A stretch of 64,000 nucleotides of DNA from Spirochaetia bacterium. Lineage in GTDB: Bacteria; Spirochaetota; Spirochaetia; UBA9216. Positions 61,254 to 64,000 of this stretch are shown here, piece by piece (positions within the stretch are counted from its first letter, which is position 1; every line of letters starts with the position of its first letter). Below the pieces are notes generated by a model that was not told where the DNA came from, searched no databases, and saw nothing but the letters and a program-made list of their open reading frames with translations. Position numbers and translations under genes: made by a program. Location: NCBI GenBank assembly GCA_963677925.2, contig CAXXYH010000004.1:832001-896000 (forward strand), written 5' to 3'.

Positions 61254-61877
61254 TTAGAAAATAGAAGCAATGTCATTTATATAAATTGTAATCCCGATAC
61301 TAGTATTATTTCCAATTCCTGTATCAATGACAGTCTGATATTCCGGATCTGAAATAGTTGACTCGCCGTCAACTACTGTTTCGCTACTGGAATAAATAAA
61401 ACTAGCACTTAAACTGTATTCAGCGAAGGCTGATATAAAAGAATTAAAAAAGATTTCAATTCCAAACAAAGCCTCAGCACCGAACGGAATCTCGGAAAGT
61501 ATTACATAATTTATTTCATCAGTTATAGTGCTCTGTGTTATATAACCTCCGTTTATTGAAAAGCCCCAATAAGGGGAAAGCCGGCTGACATTTAAAAAAT
61601 GATTTTCATATGTGATTCCTGCAATTGAGGAAAAGGTATTAAAGTTATTTGAATAGTAGATATCTATAAGTGTGCGAAGCGATGACACCTCATTAAATCG
61701 ATATTTCATGCCTACCCCTCCTTGGTAGCTTTCAATATCAAGAAGAAGGTTTTCTGCATTAAAGATAAATCCTAATGTACCCTTATCTGGAATTGACTTC
61801 TCTTCATTTGCGAAACATAAATTTATTACAAATAAAAGAATAAATGTTGATATAAATATTACTTTTTTAAACATCAT
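61254..61877 (-). CDS. Exported protein, possibly a small outer-membrane beta-barrel
   Basis: AAGGAG RBS before ATG 61877; signal peptide; alternating amphipathic strands (GGVGMKYRF, LSPYWG, FGIEIFF, AFAEY). Confidence 0.6.
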   Translation of the reverse strand: MMFKKVIFISTFILLFVINLCFANEEKSIPDKGTLGFIFNAENLLLDIESYQGGVGMKYRFNEVSSLRTLIDIYYSNNFNTFSSIAGITYENHFLNVSRLSPYWGFSINGGYITQSTITDEINYVILSEIPFGAEALFGIEIFFNSFISAFAEYSLSASFIYSSSETVVDGESTISDPEYQTVIDTGIGNNTSIGITIYINDIASIF

Positions 61878-61888
61878 AAACTCCTTGT

Positions 61889-62293
61889 TTATTGTGAACC
61901 AATCCAATTAAGATACCATCCAGTTATAGGGTCAGCCGATTTGTCTAGAGAGGAATGAAGTTCTGAAATGGAATCATCATTATATTGAGCTGCTACTCCA
62001 AAATCATATATTCCATAATCAAGGATGTCTTTAGAAATCGAAATTTCAACTGTTTTTCCATCTGGTGTATTCTTTAAAAAAGTCCAGGTAGTAGCATTAT
62101 GAAATTTATAATATATTTTATAGCATTTAATGGATGAGGATTCATTGGGTATAGTTATCTCATTATTATCCCAGGCTAATGTGAATCTCTCTGAACGTAT
62201 GATAATTTCTGTTGCACTATCATTATATTCGAAAAATTGACAGGCTGTTGTGAAAGTTAATATTAAGATTATTATGAAAACTTTTTTGTCCAT
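61889..62293 (-). CDS. Lipoprotein with a fibronectin-III-like domain
   Basis: Lipobox LTFTTA-C; TLAWD...YKIYY...YDFGVAA.Y...SE. Confidence 0.7.
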   Translation of the reverse strand: MDKKVFIIILILTFTTACQFFEYNDSATEIIIRSERFTLAWDNNEITIPNESSSIKCYKIYYKFHNATTWTFLKNTPDGKTVEISISKDILDYGIYDFGVAAQYNDDSISELHSSLDKSADPITGWYLNWIGSQ

Positions 62294-62459
62294 TGCAATT
62301 AAACTTAACACTTTAAGAGTAAAACATCAATTTAGTGTGTCAATATTTGAATTACAATATTGAAATATAAATATTTTTCAGATATTGAATTTAAATGTAC
62401 TTATAAGTTAAATAGTTATCCTATAGTAAATTAAATGTAACATGCAATATACTTTAGCA

Positions 62460-62475
62460 TGGCACGCTTCCTGCT
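62460..62475 (+). promoter_or_regulatory. sigma54 (-24/-12) promoter
   Basis: TGGCAC-gcttc-CTGCT, 32 nt upstream of ATG 62508. Confidence 0.72.
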
Positions 62476-62507
62476 TATATAAATGATATCCATTTAAGGA
62501 GCAGGTT

Positions 62508-63503
62508 ATGAAACCATTATTTAAAAATAAAAAAAGTTTGAAATTAGCAATTCTGGTTTTATTATTCTCATCATTGGCTCTTACAAGCTGTAACCTTTCA
62601 TATTTTGGTATAAGCAGCAATGATGAAGGAGCGATGAGGCTTGAGATTTCAATAAACAGTTCAAGAACCGTATTACCGGGCTCGGATACTGAAATATCCT
62701 ACTATGAAATTACCGGAACCGGTCCCAATGAAAATGAATTCACCCAGACATCAACCGGAACTGAAATTTATATATATGATCTTGCTGTTGGTGAGTGGAA
62801 TGTCTCGATCACCGCTATGAGCAGCGATGACTATGAATTAGGTTTCGGTGAAACAACTGTTATTGTACAGGCCTCTGAGCAGTCGGATGCCTCGGTGACA
62901 GTTTTGCCTTTTGAGGGTACAGGCGCTCTGGCTCTTTCTGTTCTATGGGATGAAGAAGATGTCAGCAGTCCTGAAATTACTGCGGTTCTCAGGAATTCTG
63001 CAGGCGTAGAACAGGACCTGACATTTTCAGTAGGTGCATCATCAGCTACCTTTCAGGATGATGAGATTAATTCAGGTTATTATACCTTAAGTATTCAGAT
63101 GAAAAAGAATGGAACGGTCGTTTCAGGCATCGTTGAAGCGGTAAGGATCATGCAGAACTACATGACTACCGGAAATTTCAGTTTCGAGGATATCAATAAC
63201 CCAACCGGAGATATTGCGTTAACAGTAATAGTTGAAATGGATGAACCTCTGGAGCCTGTTATTTCTGGTGCTGAAGAAACTATAGCTTACGGCTCAATTA
63301 TGACTGTGACAGCATCTGTAATTGATGATGGCGGTGATACCATTGTTTTTTCATGGTTTGTAAATGGAAGCCTTGAAGGGGAAGGTGAGTCAATTACATT
63401 CGGTTCCGATTTAAGATGGGGTACATACAGGCTTGATCTGGTTGCCAGTACAAGCGATGGAAGCCGTTCCGGTTCTGTATCACATACTTTTACGGTGGAG
63501 TGA
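62508..63503 (+). CDS. Acidic surface lipoprotein with Ig-like beta-sandwich domains
   Basis: AAGGAG RBS; lipobox LALTS-C; beta-strand-rich, Ser/Thr/Glu-rich. Confidence 0.75.
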   Translation: MKPLFKNKKSLKLAILVLLFSSLALTSCNLSYFGISSNDEGAMRLEISINSSRTVLPGSDTEISYYEITGTGPNENEFTQTSTGTEIYIYDLAVGEWNVSITAMSSDDYELGFGETTVIVQASEQSDASVTVLPFEGTGALALSVLWDEEDVSSPEITAVLRNSAGVEQDLTFSVGASSATFQDDEINSGYYTLSIQMKKNGTVVSGIVEAVRIMQNYMTTGNFSFEDINNPTGDIALTVIVEMDEPLEPVISGAEETIAYGSIMTVTASVIDDGGDTIVFSWFVNGSLEGEGESITFGSDLRWGTYRLDLVASTSDGSRSGSVSHTFTVE

Positions 63504-63578
63504 GCGAGCGTCGCATGACAGCTTGCTGACGCATGGCTGAGCGAACGAACACCGCCGCGAAGCGACAGTGGAGTAGAC
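63502..63578. repeat. GC-rich palindromic intergenic element (REP-like)
   Basis: GAGCGAGCG...CATG-A-CAGC-TT-GCTG-ACG-CATG...GAGCGAACG...CGCCGCGAAGCG between convergent genes. Confidence 0.35.
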
Positions 63579-63630
63579 ATATTATATAGTGTTGCAAAAG
63601 GGGCTTACTTATAAAAAGTTAGCTCCTTTT

Positions 63631-64000
63631 CTATTTGTTCTGTCTCCAGCTTTCATGAGTTATTCCAAAACGTTTGACTTTATAATTCAGAACTCTGCTT
63701 GATACATTCAGTAGTTCTGCCGCATCTTTCTGAACCCAGCTTGAACGTTCAAGTGCCTGAAGTATTAAGTTTTCTTCCACTTCCTCAAGACAGACGCCCT
63801 GTTCAGGGAGAATAATCCCTGATTCTGAAGAAGTATTTTTAGGTTCTGCGGAAGGTGTTTTACTTATGATTTTATGACGTCTATTGAAATGCAGTTCAAG
63901 TTCTTCGGGTGTAATGATATCACCTTCAGTCATAAGAACTACCCGTTCAATTGTATTTTCAAGCTCTCTTATATTTCCCGGCCAGCTGTAATCCATCAGC
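63631..64000 (-). CDS. NtrC-family sigma54-dependent activator (3' part only)
   Basis: YSWPGNIRELEN (end of AAA+ domain) and Fis-type HTH LEEVEENLILQALERSSWVQKDAAELLNVS. Confidence 0.92.
   Translation of the reverse strand, partial: LMDYSWPGNIRELENTIERVVLMTEGDIITPEELELHFNRRHKIISKTPSAEPKNTSSESGIILPEQGVCLEEVEENLILQALERSSWVQKDAAELLNVSSRVLNYKVKRFGITHESWRQNK

Overview
Bacterial chromosomal window, most likely from a spirochaete (Spirochaetia). This taxonomic call is inferred from the long PstA and the style of the Wza/Wzz proteins, not from a search. 1-15.2 kb is relatively GC-richer backbone: phoB-phoU-pstB-pstA-pstC with a Pho-box-like promoter, a HigBA toxin-antitoxin pair, pyrG, an ABC exporter preceded by a small RiPP-precursor-like peptide gene, an MFS transporter, and gnd-pgl-zwf. 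About 15.2-62.4 kb is an AT-rich, roughly 47 kb Wzx/Wzy exopolysaccharide locus. It carries its own c-di-GMP-type regulators (VpsT/CsgD-like LuxR protein, PilZ protein, degenerate GGDEF fused to a truncated sugar transferase) and sigma54-type promoters. It also has an unusual density of amide/ester-forming enzymes: two ATP-grasp ligases, two GNATs, a LarA-family racemase, a Gly-specific hybrid NRPS-PKS, a Ser-specific NRPS, an AsnB amidotransferase and a free carrier protein. Several decayed IS remnants (IS481, IS3, IS5-like) break up the locus. The window ends with surface lipoprotein genes and the 3' end of an NtrC-family activator. The best candidates for an undescribed system are (i) an NRPS/PKS-AsnB-ACP assembly line embedded in an EPS locus, which may decorate the polysaccharide, and (ii) an orphan Asn/Gly-rich RRE-type precursor peptide with its exporter. 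All calls come from motif reading by eye; no database search was run.
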